Shown: positions 13,401 to 26,896 of the stretch, piece after piece
Layout: each line of letters opens with the position of its first letter
How positions within the stretch are numbered: the stretch's first letter is position 1
Assembly: GCA_028534125.1 (NCBI GenBank)
Contig: CM052816.1
Location: 29,080,001 to 29,144,000 of the forward strand
Direction: 5' to 3'
Source: Lama glama
Taxonomy: Eukaryota
Length of the DNA stretch: 64,000 bases
Program-made: the position numbers and the translations under genes
Notes under the pieces: model-generated
What the model saw: the letters and a program-made list of their open reading frames with translations, nothing else
The model's database searches: none
What the model was told of the DNA's origin: nothing

Positions 13401-14039
13401 ATTAGCACTTCGAGAGCCCTTATGAGTCCATGAAATGGGATGGGAGTAGAAAACTCGCAGTGCACAATCCACGTGATCCTAAGCACTTAGCTCCTCCACT
13501 GTTCGTTCCCTTGGTGCTGAATGCAGTTCACATAAATAGGAATGGAATTTAGGGCAGCTTATACAGCACTACATTTGTATTCCAGGCATAAGATTCATAC
13601 TAGTTATTTGTAGCCCACATAGACTTAGCTGCCTTTGCAAACCATCTACAGACCTGATTGAGAAATACAATAAAAGCAGAATTCTTCCACCCATAAATGC
13701 CTATTAAGCATGTATGCTGAGGTTCTGCCTGTTTTGATGCAAGCCTTAACAAAGAGTTCTCCTTTCCTTGGATAGGAAGGAGTAAGCAATGGGCCTGAGA
13801 TGCCTGGCATGTTAGCCTTCTATTCAAACAGCTTAGCAATAAATACTTGAGAAAATTTATGGGTTCATTTATAGGCATTTTTGAAGTCATCACAATGAGG
13901 ATGAATGTTGTTAAAGAGAAAGATACACTGGTCTTTCATAACCTTCTAATGCCCAAGTGATAAATGATTTTCACCCACTGAGTCAGATAAATGATCTCTC
14001 CATAAAAATAAATTCCATACCTTATAAGGATCACCTTAA

Positions 14040-15450
14040 AATAAGAATTTTTTTTATCAAATGACATCTTAAGAAGGTAAAAATATTAGCAAGACTTTGG
14101 GGAAAAAACATGTTCAAACATAAAACTCAAATATTAGTGTCAAAGGATAAATATTAAAACTCCAACCAAACAAGAAGAAAAGTGAAAATATCCCAATGGG
14201 AAAAGCAGGCAAAGGACATGAACACAGATTCCACAGAAGAAGAGACACATATGGTCAATGAATTGAAGAGTTGCCCAATCTCATTAATAATCACAGATTG
14301 CAAATCTAAGCCATAGTAAGGTATCATTTTATATATACTCAATAAACAAAAGTCAAGAACTCTAACAAAACGATTATTAGAGAGTGTGGGAATCAACACA
14401 GTTTCTTGCAGAGTAATGTCAACAACATGGCAGAATAGGAGATCCCAGCACACATCCTGCCATACAAACAAATATTTGGCAGGGATCCCACAGACACAAG
14501 TGCTTTTATGGGGACTTTGGGATCCAGGTAAGAGGTTGTGAAACCCTCATGGAGCCCAAAACCTAAGAGGGTCACCTGAAGAAGGCAGCCTCACACACAG
14601 GTGGCAGACCAGGGACTCTGGCCCTACCTGCAGACCAGAAACATCCCCAGCCTCCTGCAGTCTTGCTGCTAGCCCCTCTTGTCCACAGTCTTGCTACCAG
14701 TTCCTTCTGTCAAGGGCCCTAGGAGGAACCACACTCATCTGTACCACCAGCAATAGGCCTGCTGGCCTTGGACCCAACTGCAGTCCCTGAAGCACCTCTG
14801 TGACCTGGCTCCAGACCTGCTGTCCTGTGGTCTGGAGGCAGTCCTGCCCAGCCAGAGTCCAGCCCAGTGACCCAACAAGATTACACTTAGGAACCCAGTA
14901 GAAGCTACACCCATCTGGCCTGCCAAAAACAGTCATATTTTAAAAATATGAACATTTACATACTATAAATCCAGAAATTTTACTTCTATGAATAGAACCA
15001 ACGAAGATTTTGTAAATATACAGATGGCAAGATACCAAAAATTTTCATAGGAAAAATTTTAATTATATTAAAAACATAAAACATGTTAAATGCTCACAAC
15101 AGGCAAACATATAAATTGTGGTAAATTCACAGTGAAATATTATGTAGTGGTAAAACAGGTGAACTCCAACTCATGTAAAAATGAGACTATTTGTAGAATA
15201 ATATTGAGTAAAATGAGTCCCAGAGGACCATGGACAGTATGCTTCCAAGAGGTCTGGGCTCTAGAAAAAAATTTAATATGACTAAAATTAAGCAAGGTAT
15301 TATTTGGGCATAAAGGTAAACACAAGTCTGGGAAAGTGGTTACATCAAGAGGAAAAAAGGCAGGATGGGAGAGTAATAAACAGATATATAGGAGTTATGG
15401 TTAATGTTCTAATTTTCAGGTAAGATGGTGGTTTCGTGGATGTTAATTTG
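14040..15450 (+). mobile_element. Old L1ME-type fragment interrupted by a younger L1 5' UTR
   Basis: 'gcaaaggacatgaacacagattccacagaagaagagacacatatggtcaat' (ORF2 3') and decayed 3' UTR to about 15450. Confidence 0.7.
14409..14928 (+). mobile_element. L1M3/L1MA-type 5' UTR fragment
   Basis: Starts 'gagtaatgtcaacaacatggcagaataggagatcccagc', typical of an L1 5' end, then GC-rich 5' UTR text. Confidence 0.7.
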
Positions 15451-16129
15451 TTATAAGTAACTGACTTAATTATAAAGCAAATAAAGTGGACCATGATAAA
15501 TCAATAATAAAATTATGCCATGGATCAAGAATTCTGAGTAACTGAATTTTGTGTATCTGGTATATAGTAAAGGTAATACATACCTAGATGTGCATATGTA
15601 ATATACATATTCAATAATAAATTACCTACAATCGCAAGTAACTTTTGCTTTCATTTGAAATTTTCTGAAAACTGGAAATGAGATGTCCACATTATGTAAA
15701 ATTGGATTCTTAAAAGGCTTTTAGTTAGCATTGTCCAATACTCCACATATGTTAGCAACAGAGAAACTCTACAATTGCCAATCATGTGCTACAATGTAAG
15801 TATTTAATCAGGAAATAAGAATATCACTTCAACTTCAAGAAGAAGCACATGGTATTAGCTGAAACAATCGAGGTATTAAATGAATCACTGAAAAGATATA
15901 GCATACTATATTTCACCCACTACCAAGAAATTCTGCTGAACTTCTACCTGCAAGCCTTGAAAGGAACATATTTAAAATACAGTTAATTTTCTTTTTCTTC
16001 TTCTCCTTTTTTTTTTTTTTTTGCTATGCTGTAGCTCTGTGTCACTGGTTTTAAAAAGAGGGTGGGGGGAACATACACAGAATAAGTCCATTCTCCCAAA
16101 CTCTTGATGCTGTAAAAATTAAAACTTAA

Positions 16130-17880
16130 CAAGTACATAAAAATAGGACAACTTTCAAAGACAAATTCATGGGTTTCACTACCAGTAATGAAGACCAGAT
16201 AATCTGGACCAGTTTTCTTGCTGAAAGAAAATAGAAACTTTGAACAAAACAAAACAAAATGTATGTAATGACGTCAAAGAACTCATAAGACAGTGAAGAC
16301 TTAAGGGGATATGATCTAGGAAAAGAAGGAAACTCTGATTGGGTTTTTTGATTATGAGGGCTCCTTGTGTCCTAAGGATGTTTGTCCATTTAATAGAAAA
16401 GTTTGAGATGCTGAGCAGAACTTTTATTACAGTCACAAAGCTAAGACAAAAATTGAAAATCAACAATCAACCAAGGGCAAAAAAAACAAAAAAAACAAGG
16501 AAATGCTATCATTACTGATGGTAGAGGAAAGATTTTTGATGTTTTATCAAGTATGATATTGACTCTAGATATTTCATGGATATCCTTTGTCAGATTAAGG
16601 AAGCTCTCTTATATTCTCAGTTTATTAAGAGTTTTCTTTTTTTTTTTGAACAGATATTCAATTTTAATTAATGCTTTTTCTGAATTTACAGGGATGATCA
16701 TATAATTTTTCTGTTATTCAGTCCATGCCTTGATATTAAGTATGGATTTTATACTGATAAATCAACCTTAAATTTGTGAAAATATTATGAAATATTCTCA
16801 TTCTTACATATCTGTGGATTTATTTTCTGAAATTTTGATTAGAAATGTTTTATCTGTGTTCATGAAAGAGATTGGATTATACTTTTCCTGTCTTATAAAT
16901 TCTTGCCTGGTTTTAAGAATTAGTGTTATACTAACTTTAACAAATGAATTGTGAAATATTAAAAAAAAAATCAACCAAGGGCAGAGGGGTGGAAGGTGAT
17001 ATGGTACACCATCCTGACTTTGGGCTGGGACTGAAAAGTTTGACATTCTAGGAGGAGTTAGGAATTGTTGAAATAAAACAATTTCACACAGACTGAAGCC
17101 CCAGTTTTAAATTATTTCAACTCTTGATTGTATTAAAATTACCTGGAATGACTAGTGTCCCTAATTACTTGCCAAAAACAAGTATAAATTCTCTCTGGTA
17201 AAAGATAATATTGTCATAATCCTCAAATCCTATCCATAATTTTTTATATGTAATATCCAGCACATGATGAAAATAAACAGGCAAAGTGGGAGATACTGTG
17301 TGTCTAAATAACTTTAGAGAACATCGTGTTTCTAAAATCCAAGAGGAACAGCCTATCATAGAAATAGTCACAAAGGGGATCCTGAGACAAGAGCACTAAG
17401 ATAAATGTATCTATATAATTAAGTTAATAGAATAGAGCAAATAACTAAAGCCATAACAAAAATCAACCACATGGAAATCCTAGAATCAGTACTGGTCTCA
17501 ATAATACTAAATATGGCTATAGAGATAATTAGTGACCTAGAAAAAAGGTCAGGACAAAATATCCAAGCCACAATCTGCGAAAAAAAAGATGGAAGATAGA
17601 GAAACTATTGTGTAAATAACAAAAGGTATTACGTACATGTATTTAGGGGCCCAGAAGGAGAAAGAGAAAACAAAATAGAAATAATATTTGAAGATGTGAA
17701 GAGATATTGACTGAGATGTGTTCAAAACTGATAAAAAAATATTATCACAGGTTCAAAAAGCACTATGAACACTAAGCAGGATAATTAAAAGGAAAATCAC
17801 ATGTAGGCACATACTAGTAAATCTACTGAAAACTAACAGCAGTGAAAAAAATCTTAAAAACAGTCAGAGGAAAGAAGAAT
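16130..17880 (+). mobile_element. Old L1 (L1MC/MD-type) 5' UTR and ORF1 remnant
   Basis: ORF1-like remnants 'gagataattagtgacctagaaaaaaggtcagg', 'tttaggggcccagaaggagaaagagaaaac', 'aaaatcttaaaaacagtcagagg'. Confidence 0.7.
16480..16968 (+). mobile_element. TSD-flanked, poly(A)-tailed insertion carrying antisense old-L1 ORF2 sequence
   Basis: Perfect 15-bp direct repeats 'aatcaaccaagggca' at 16465-16479 and 16969-16983; A-run before the 3' repeat; body reads as antisense L1 ORF2 ('gatatcctttgtcagattaaggaag', 'tctgtgttcatgaaagagattgg'). Confidence 0.8.
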
Positions 17881-18479
17881 ATATAGTCTTTTCAAGTGTG
17901 TAAGATTATTAACCAAAATTGGCCAGTGAGAAGTAGCACTTCATCAATTTTTGCTGCCCTGAAAAAGGTCAGAATGTACACCCCCCTCTATCAGTTGCAG
18001 GTATTCACTCTGGGAGTCACTTGACAATGCCAACCTAGAAGCTGATGTTCCCACAGACACGCCAGGGAGGAAGACCATCTTAATTAGGGTTGGTCTGGGC
18101 AACATGGTATAACATGAATGCACAAGAGTAGTCTTTGGCTCCCTCCTTATATCTTATTTTCCTTTTTTCTCCAGCCAAAGCTTATCCATTTTCATAATTG
18201 TGACTATCAAAATCTATTTGTATTATTATATTTCCTTTATACTTGACAGCCTTTTATTCCTTAGGGCATCATCAGGGCCTACTGAGAATCCCTATATATT
18301 TCTCAAAAAAAATCTTTTTTTTACTTTTACCTTCTTTTCTTCCTTCCCACAAGGAGTGACTTAAATAACATCCCAAATGCTATGTGGAGTTGACACTTCA
18401 GTTGAAGATCAGTGGTGCTAATTGTTGGGAAAGAATCACAGGAAAGGAGCGGTAACTCAAGTTCTTCAGGCCAACAGTA

Positions 18480-18625
18480 TCACAGAAACAGCACTGAATT
18501 AGGAATCAAGAAAACAGGTTCTGTTTCTGGCTTTGACTCTACGTAACTTCAGGCCAGTTTCTTAGCATTTCCTGGCACATTTCCTTACCCATTAAAAGAT
18601 TTCTTTGGTCCCCACAAATCCATTC
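18480..18625 (+). mobile_element. MIR SINE
   Basis: 'acagcactgaattaggaatcaagaaaacaggttctgtttctggctttgactct...gtaacttcaggccag'. Confidence 0.65.
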
Positions 18626-21600
18626 TATGATATAATGCATATCAAGACACTTTTAGCAAAAACATGTGATATATATTCCAAGATATCTGACTTTAAACTT
18701 TTCACTCAAGGTTATATCCTTCAATGCTAAAAGATAAATGTAAAATAGATAGCAATCAAGTGCTAAAGACAGGAGTCTGTGACCAACCTAGTCTCCAACT
18801 AGTATTTTCTAACATGGTTGCCTGAACACATAAATAATATACACTTGCTGTTTAATGGTACTTCTATTAAGTTTCTAAAGTCTTTGAAATTTATATCTTT
18901 GCCTTTTTTTCCCTCTCCCTCAACTACTCTGTCAACCTGGAAATAAAGGAAATCCCCATCTATTAATTCTTCTAAGAACCTATGTCATTTGCATCTTAAA
19001 GATTTCATCAAAATTTAATGTGTTTAACATGACAATCAGACATCGTGTTATTTTTAAATCTCCTCCTGATTAGGCCTTTGTACTGCATTAGTGACATCTA
19101 ATTATTTAAACTTAACATTCAAAAATGTCTGTATTTGTCAAGTATTTCCAGAACTACACCATTACGTACACTGCTTATAAATTATTTGCTTAAACTCAAT
19201 TGCTTGTAAATTATAATTTCACACAATCTGGGAAAAAATAGGAATATCATTTTGAAAGATTTTTGTCAAAGAGACAATCTTTTATGTAACAGTTTCAGTG
19301 TGTTTCCTTGACAACACTGTTGCTAAGAATGTCTCTTTGAGGCCATAAAGAATTTGTGGTAAATAATTGACGTTTATTTTAAAAATGGAAAATGTGAATA
19401 CACCATATGTAGTTAAACATGTCACTATATAATCATACAACCAAGTATAGGTTGCCAACATACTAGTTAAAACAATTAAACTTTATTTTAAAAAAGTAAG
19501 TTCAACAATTGTAAAACTTTGAAAATTAGATTAAATGATAGAGAAAATTCCAGAACGTCACAAGTGCTTTCAGTATAATTGATGTAAATCCCAACCTTTT
19601 CCAAATGGCAACAAAATTGTCTGAACCTGAACTTAACCATTCACTGAGGCATTCATTCATTACTGAGCTGTGAACTCTCCTAAGCAGTGAACTTTAAGTA
19701 GTAAAGGCCTCCTTGGAAAGTAATAACTGAATCGAGAAAGCAGCATCTACTCTGGGTGGTAAGTAGAGAGAATCAATATCTGCCCCATCTCACATTCAAC
19801 ATGTTAAGACAGAGACAGTTCAAAAGATTACTTAGTTCCTTCTGCCACCGAGTGGGCTGACAATCATGTGTTTTCTAGATAATTTCCCAAGAAGAGTTGT
19901 TCTAATTTTATAATCTAATATTTAATCTAATATATGTGCCTGATGTTCCATTCTACAGTCATGAAAAATAAAACACAGCTGAACTTTCCAATGGTGGCAG
20001 GAAATGTAGTAGTAATACATTTTTTAATTTTAAGCACATGCATGCTTAATCCACTACAGCTGGATGTGAACATCAAAGTGACTATGCTTCAGCACACTTT
20101 CCTCCCACTAGGAGTGATCAGCTGATCCAGCAATTACAATGTGCAATGACCATCACCCCAGACTAGGAAGTGGAACTGCTGACGTCCATCTGGATAATTG
20201 GGATAATGGGATAAGAGAAGACGACTCTGGCTCAAAATCACAGCTCTAAAATCACCTCCAAGTGTAAACTGGTCAAGACAATGCAGGGACCTCACACTTC
20301 CTTAACCTTTTCTTCTGCAAAGAGATAGATAACGGGTAAAACACAAAAATAGCAAGGACATAGATTTAAACATATTATAGACATCTCTATCAATTTAAAA
20401 TGAAACAAAATTCAAGTTGATGAACAGGAGTCAAAGCAGATTTTCTGTGCCCTAAATCTTGAACAAAACAGTAGATGCTGGGAATAAGAGGAATTTTTTA
20501 AAAATCTTCACACAAAAATGAAATGCTGAATCTCTAGCCCTAACTTTCACCCAGTTATCAGATAAAAATTTTAAAAAAAATTGCTACCAAACGTTGCTAG
20601 GAGCTACAGCTCATGCTGTGTTCCAGGCTTGGTGCAGCTGAACCAAATCTTCCTATGACTTTTCGATCGGCAACTGTAGTGAACTTGGTTTGGAATGGAG
20701 TCAGCAGAACTGCTGGAGGAAACTGCAAGTCCTCTAAACAGGAGGACTGAGTCCAGAAGGCCATGCATCAGCACCCATGGAACTGTGGCTAACTTGTCAG
20801 CTTGAAGGTGGGGTAAGATCCCAGCCTCTCCCCAGTTCTAAACAGTCACCTCTTCATTTAGCTTATGTTCTACAGTCTTGATTTGTACTTAGTCATAAGT
20901 TGCTGCCTAATGCCCTTTAACTAAAACATGCATGAATTTTTCTACCTGCCCCCAAACCCTATTTATGATATCATGAGGACCCCTTTCTGAAATAAGTAAT
21001 GCTGTTATTTATTATTTTATTCAATATCACTTATAAAATGTTTACCAATGTACCAAGTACTCCTTCAACAACTATATAAAGTCACTTATTTAAGTAATAA
21101 AGTCCCTAAAGCAAGACGTCAGCACCACAGGGCACACCCTGGGGAAGCCAGAGAAGGCTACGCAGAAGAACCCAGGGATCTGGGATGTGGGTGACTGATG
21201 GTTTCTGTAAGTGATTATTGAGCATCTGCTACTTGCCAAGCAACCGATCAGCAAGTGGCCAAAACTATTTCCTTATGCGCAAGGATAAAAGTTACCACCA
21301 GAACCAGAGAGAGAAGGAACTCCAACTTGACACTAGAATGATTTATATATTTTTATACTTTCATCTGTAAGGAACTGAGCACAGTTCTCATTATTGGCTC
21401 ATTTGTTTTCAAAAAATCTTATGAAAGTTCAAAGTCCAAGAATCTCTCTAGGGATTTTTATACATAGATGTAGATGGGTAGGAAGAACTATACAGACAGA
21501 GCTATAGATGTGGGTATACAGATGTAGAGATGAGATAGATAGCTTGATAGATATGATGTATAGATACATAAAATAAAGATTTTATATAGAGAAATTTTTA

Positions 21601-22339
21601 TACACAAATGGGTAGATTCAATCTGACTTTGCATGGAGATGCTCATGGGAAAAAAAAAAACAAAGCAAGAAACCACCTTACAGAATACTGATGACATTAA
21701 GCTTATTTTTGTCTGTTTTGCCTCATGTTATAAAATATGCATTCCCTTGTAAAGCAAGATGTGATTCTGATAGCTGTCTCTCAGAATTCCATGGTAGAAA
21801 GCACTGCATAGCAACATGAAAAGAATGTTTTGTTTTATCCTAAGTAACACTGTGTGTATCTTTTGTACTGCTATTCTACATTTTATGCTTTCCTGAAGGA
21901 TGAAATCTCAAGTTACATAAAGAATAAATCATTGTCATCACTTTTACAAGTTAATCCTCAATAGGAGTTGTTTTACATAGTAATTTCCCCTTGATCATCA
22001 AAATATATTATCAACTACACAACTCTTCATAAATACATCTGTTTCACAAAGCAAAGTACTTGTACACTAACCACCCCAACAATCTTCTCATCAATCTGTA
22101 CTTACTTGACACAAATAGGAATAAATATTTCTTCAGTGGAATCACTGTGGATGTTATATTCTATTGCTGTGCCTTGTTTTTCTCCTCCTCTGCCTATTAT
22201 GGTTGGCTGGACCCTATATTTTATGTCTGCATGGTATATTACATGATGCACTGAGTACTTAGCCAGTAAAATTCAATAATTGTCTTCATTAGATATAACA
22301 TCTACTAAATAACACTAGTCAGCAGTCTGTTATTATTTC

Positions 22340-22460
22340 TTATTCATTCATCAATCAGACAACAATTATTTACTGAGCACACAGAAAGTCCCAGGTTATA
22401 GACAGTCACAGATGAACAAAACAGTCATGGTCTCTGCCCACAATGAGTTTGCAGACTAGT
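22340..22460 (-). mobile_element. L2 3' end
   Basis: 'attcattcatcaatc...tatttactgagcac...gatgaacaaaacagtcatggtctctgcccacaatgagtttgcagactag'. Confidence 0.75.
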
Positions 22461-24764
22461 TTTTAGGAAGAAATGTAACCCAGGATTAATTTGTGATTGA
22501 CTTCCTTAAATTAGCCCATTCCATCTAACAGCTAAAATTCCAAATTGTTTTCGCATAATACTTATACTGTTTTCAAAAACACAACTGCACAATCATTAAG
22601 ACCAATTGCTTTCACAGTTTAGGAGAAAAGGCGAGTAAAAATCAATTATAAAGCTGCCATTTCATTGCAAAAATAAACCCCCTAAGTATATACATAGACT
22701 CTGTTGACTTCTTCTAGAGCCCAATAAAGGTTTTGAAATTTTATGATTACATTATACCTCCAGTGGCATTAAAATTGAGAAAAAATCTCCAGAGAGTTCA
22801 GACGAGTTATCATGACAACTTAATAAAACATGCTGTCATTTGACGAGTTTTAAAATAATCCCAAGACTCTGCCATGGTTCTGTCTTTCACCTGAAAATAA
22901 AGCTCTCTCCCTTGACAGAAAAGATTCTTTTGCTTGAAGATACTAGCAGGAACTGAGGAAAAGATGATGTTGCATTAGTTCTGTGATATGGCTCTCAGAA
23001 TACAGCAGAAAGATATGATCAAAAATTGTACTTTAATTTATGGCTTTATTCCTGTTAAGCCAATGACCTCTGTCAGCTCCGTGTTAGTGGACAGGCTGAG
23101 GGTACAAAGCTCCCTAGAAGCACTTGGACCTTCACAGTAGTTATAACCACACACATTCTAATTCAGAAGTCATGGTCAAAAAATACATTGACATTGCTAA
23201 AATCATTACTCTCAGTTGTGGAAGAGGACAAAAAGAAAGGAAGACAGAGATGTTTAAAATCCTACAGATTGCTCTTGCCTAAAAAATACAAATTGGTCTT
23301 GAGAAATAAATTCATTTTTGAATACCTGATGTGTGCATTCTCCTTCAGACTTTCAACTGAGTGTTCTTCCTAATCATATGTTCACGAACAGCATCAAATT
23401 CCTCCAAAGTCTTTTTTTGTTGTTGTTGCTGCTAAGAACCTATGCTGTATATTCCCTTAATTACTGTTCATGCATCCCTCAATGTGAGTCATGCCAAAGG
23501 CAGATGGTGTCTCCTCCTATAAAGCAAGCATTTGGCCAAGCAGCATGAAAGTGCCAATTTCTTAAGTGGGACAGGTACCCTTTAGTCTGGTTGTATCTCT
23601 GTATCATAATTTGTTAAGCACATGATATCTTTTAGACCATTTTGTCAGATTTCAGTTTGTCCCTCACCTGCAACCAGCACCGTCTCATAAATACAGAAAC
23701 ATACTTCAAGAATTAAGAAATTTCAGCACTTATAGTTACCAAGAAATCATATTTATACAATGTTTTATCACATAAGTTTAATATCAAACTTAGTAAAAAT
23801 CCAATATAAACCAAAGAAACCACTTCTAAGGTTCAAATACAAAGAAATGTCATTTAAAGTTCACCCTGTTTTCTACCTTGCAAGGCTTTAACCTTGGAGA
23901 GTATATTGTCAAATCATTTCCCACTATTATTCTTTTCTGTATTGCCATGAACTGTTTTCTCTTGGGTCATTGCAAAGTATCACTGTTCCTAGTGATTATC
24001 TTTTGAGGTGATCATCAGTAGTACTAGTCACAGTCACCAGGGCAAACTATAGTAAAAAGTTTAAAACTATTTGATGTCCTTTGTCATTTTCTAATGTAAC
24101 AAGTGGAGCAATTGAATGTAATCATGTTATAACCTGGTCTGTATAGTAGACAATACAACATTCTAATGGAATTAAATTCCCATTTTGTAAAGGCAATATA
24201 TGAGCCGAGTTGGGAGAGATGAATGTTTAGAAACCATAAATAATCCTTTCAAACCATGACAGGCAATTTTACTTGCACATAAATGGATGATTTTTAAATC
24301 TCAAAAGAGATTCACTTTTTAGCAACTTCTTTACAAAAGATTTAGTTTATACCATCAAAAACTATTCACCTGAATATAGAAATGGCCCTTAAGCTTTCTC
24401 CATCCTAGGAAAATCTTCCCAACCAATGAGAATACTTTTTTATCAAGTGAAGCTTCTATATTTCAGTTCTCACAATTAACCATTTCTTATACATATATTT
24501 TCACATCAAAAAGCCCATGAAGAAAATGCAAAATAGCAAACAGAAATGTCCTAAGAAGCAACATTACCAAGTACTCTTAATCTCTCTAACATCTCCAGTT
24601 CCAACTTGGTAGACAGAAAAGGCACTCATCCTCACCAGGAAGAACCACAGCTAAATGACAAAGAAGACAAAGATCATTTTCCCTTTACCTGTTCACATCT
24701 CACCACCCTCCCGCTGTCCCAACATCCAACTTCATTGCCTTTTTTTGTTCTTCCTTTATTCCAG

Positions 24765-25420
24765 ACCTATTTATTATGTACGTAGTATGTGTCAAAAAGT
24801 TTCCTAAGAAGTGAGGACTCAAGTGAACAAAAACAAATATGGTCTGGGCACTCCTCACAGAATGTGCGGTCTAGCAGAGAAGACAGAACTAAACTAATAA
24901 ATAGCACAAATAGAGGTATTATTACCATGACTGAGTGCCCTGAAGGGAAGGTAGATGGGGTCATATTAGCTCATCACAGGAGGGCTCGCTGTTGTCAGGC
25001 AGGGTGTAAGTTTTCTCCGAGGCATCAGTCCCCGAGTAGACATTTGAACTTGTTGGGGATAGGCAAGTGTGGAAGGAGGGGAGGGAGGACAGATGAAGCA
25101 CCTCAAGCGGAAGGAACAAAATGAACTGAGGGACAGCAATCAAGGCATAGCTTAGTCAACAAGCAAGCAGAGCTGGGGAGCGGGATGAGGCCTTATTGGG
25201 AAGAGGTGGGTCCAATCATGTTGGGTCTTAAAGTTCATGTTAATGGTTTGGATCTCATTCTAAGAGCAATGAGAAGTCACCAAAAGATTTTCAAGCCAGG
25301 AGTTGGGGTGATAATATTTGAAATGAACACTCTCACTACAGTGTGAAAAACAGAAAGGGGGAAGGAGAGTAGAGAGAGAAGCAGGGAGTGGGTCAATGTT
25401 ATTCACAAATTCAGAGACAT
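24765..25420 (-). mobile_element. L2 LINE fragment
   Basis: 'gtttggatctcattctaagagcaatgagaagtcaccaaaagattttcaagccagg...cactctcactacagtgtg'. Confidence 0.75.
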
Positions 25421-25599
25421 CAAAAAAAAAAAGTGACCTTTCCCAGCTTGATTTAAACTGTCCTGTCTCATAATCATCATGACAACTACTCAGCATCTCC
25501 TCCCAGTGAGGTTATTCATAGAATTAATATTTGTCACAGCCTGCAGTTAGTTATCCTTGGGGTCAAATCTGAAGAACTTAACATCTTAATAGAAAGTGT

Positions 25600-25850
25600 C
25601 AATTCACTCAAGAAACATTTAGTAAGCTATGTACTGCCCTGGGTGCTGGGATTCAGCATGAATAAGACAAAGTCCCTATAACCCAAGAGTTTAATACCAA
25701 GAGACAAGATGCACATGTAAACAAATCATAATGTAGAAGCAACAGCACAGCAGTAAAGTTTAGGAAAGGAAGTGGTTAACTATTTAATTCTCTGGGCTGG
25801 CGTGGGAGGAGAGAGATGGACAGGTTGTCAAGAATGTCTACCTAGAAGAG
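25600..25850 (-). mobile_element. L2 3' end
   Basis: 'attcactcaagaaacatttagtaagctatgt...gggtgctgggattcagcatgaataagacaaagtccct'. Confidence 0.7.
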
Positions 25851-26074
25851 ATTTACACACACACTCCAGACTATCTTTGCTTATTATGTGCTGAAAATTT
25901 TTAACTATGCCTGTGCCTAGAGCTACTGGATATATCCCTCCTAAATGTCTTACTTATTACTTATATGAGGTCTACTTTATTCAAGTTTAAAGGATATTTC
26001 ACATCAATTAGTAGTTTAATTTTTTTCCTGGGGAAGGGGGGGGGGGTTTAATCATCAAGGAACCATGATCAGGC

Positions 26075-26205
26075 TAACAGAGCACCACATCACAAGTCAG
26101 GAAACCCATGAGCTCTGCTCAGCCTTCTTGCTATCCCTGTGACCTTGGAAAATCACAGTATTTCTGAGCTTCAGCTTCTTATTTTATGAAATAAGAATAA
26201 TAAAA
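26075..26205 (+). mobile_element. MIR SINE
   Basis: 'gtcaggaaacccatgag...ctgtgaccttggaaaatcac...tctgagcttcagcttcttattttatgaaataagaataataa'. Confidence 0.7.
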
Positions 26206-26896
26206 GCTGAAATACTTTGATTTAAAGCATCCCAGAATTTCTATTTTTTGTACAAATCATTATGCAAGATAAAAATACTTTAGAGGGATAATTTAAAGTA
26301 CATAAAGCCCAAATTATGAAATAATATCAAATAATTATGAAATGATATCAAACATGTGACATTCAATATAGTTAACTTGAGGAAAAGAATTTAACCCAAA
26401 TTTATTCCAGCTAATTCTGGGGGAGAAATTAATTATGACAAGCAATTAAAAACATATTATTTAATAATCTTTCCAAAAAGCACACTACATAAATAATACC
26501 TGGAGTATGGTTCCACTTATTATAAAATGAAACAGACCTTTATGACTACATTTGATTCAAATTGCAATGAAAAAAAAGTCCACTAAACTATATGCCAAAC
26601 TATTGACAGTGGTTATATATAAGGATATCAGTGGGCAGGAAAGGGGGGTTACATATGCCAAAAGTCAGCTGATCATGGGGAAGTGAAGGGTAAGTGGGTA
26701 AGCGATAAAGGCAATACTAGCTTTTTGTTCTATACAATTCTGTATTGCCTGAATTTTTATAGTAAGAATTATTCATGCCTCATTTATTTAAATAAGACAC
26801 ACTTTAAATAAAAAGGATTCTAGGTTCACATCCCAGAATCCACATTCCATCAAAGATTCTGCTTAAATAACATCATAAACATACTAAATGGGCTGG

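Noticed and set aside
20240..20314. Minus-strand acceptor 'tctcttttgcag|AAG'
   Set aside because: No convincing donor, and stops follow quickly in all frames.
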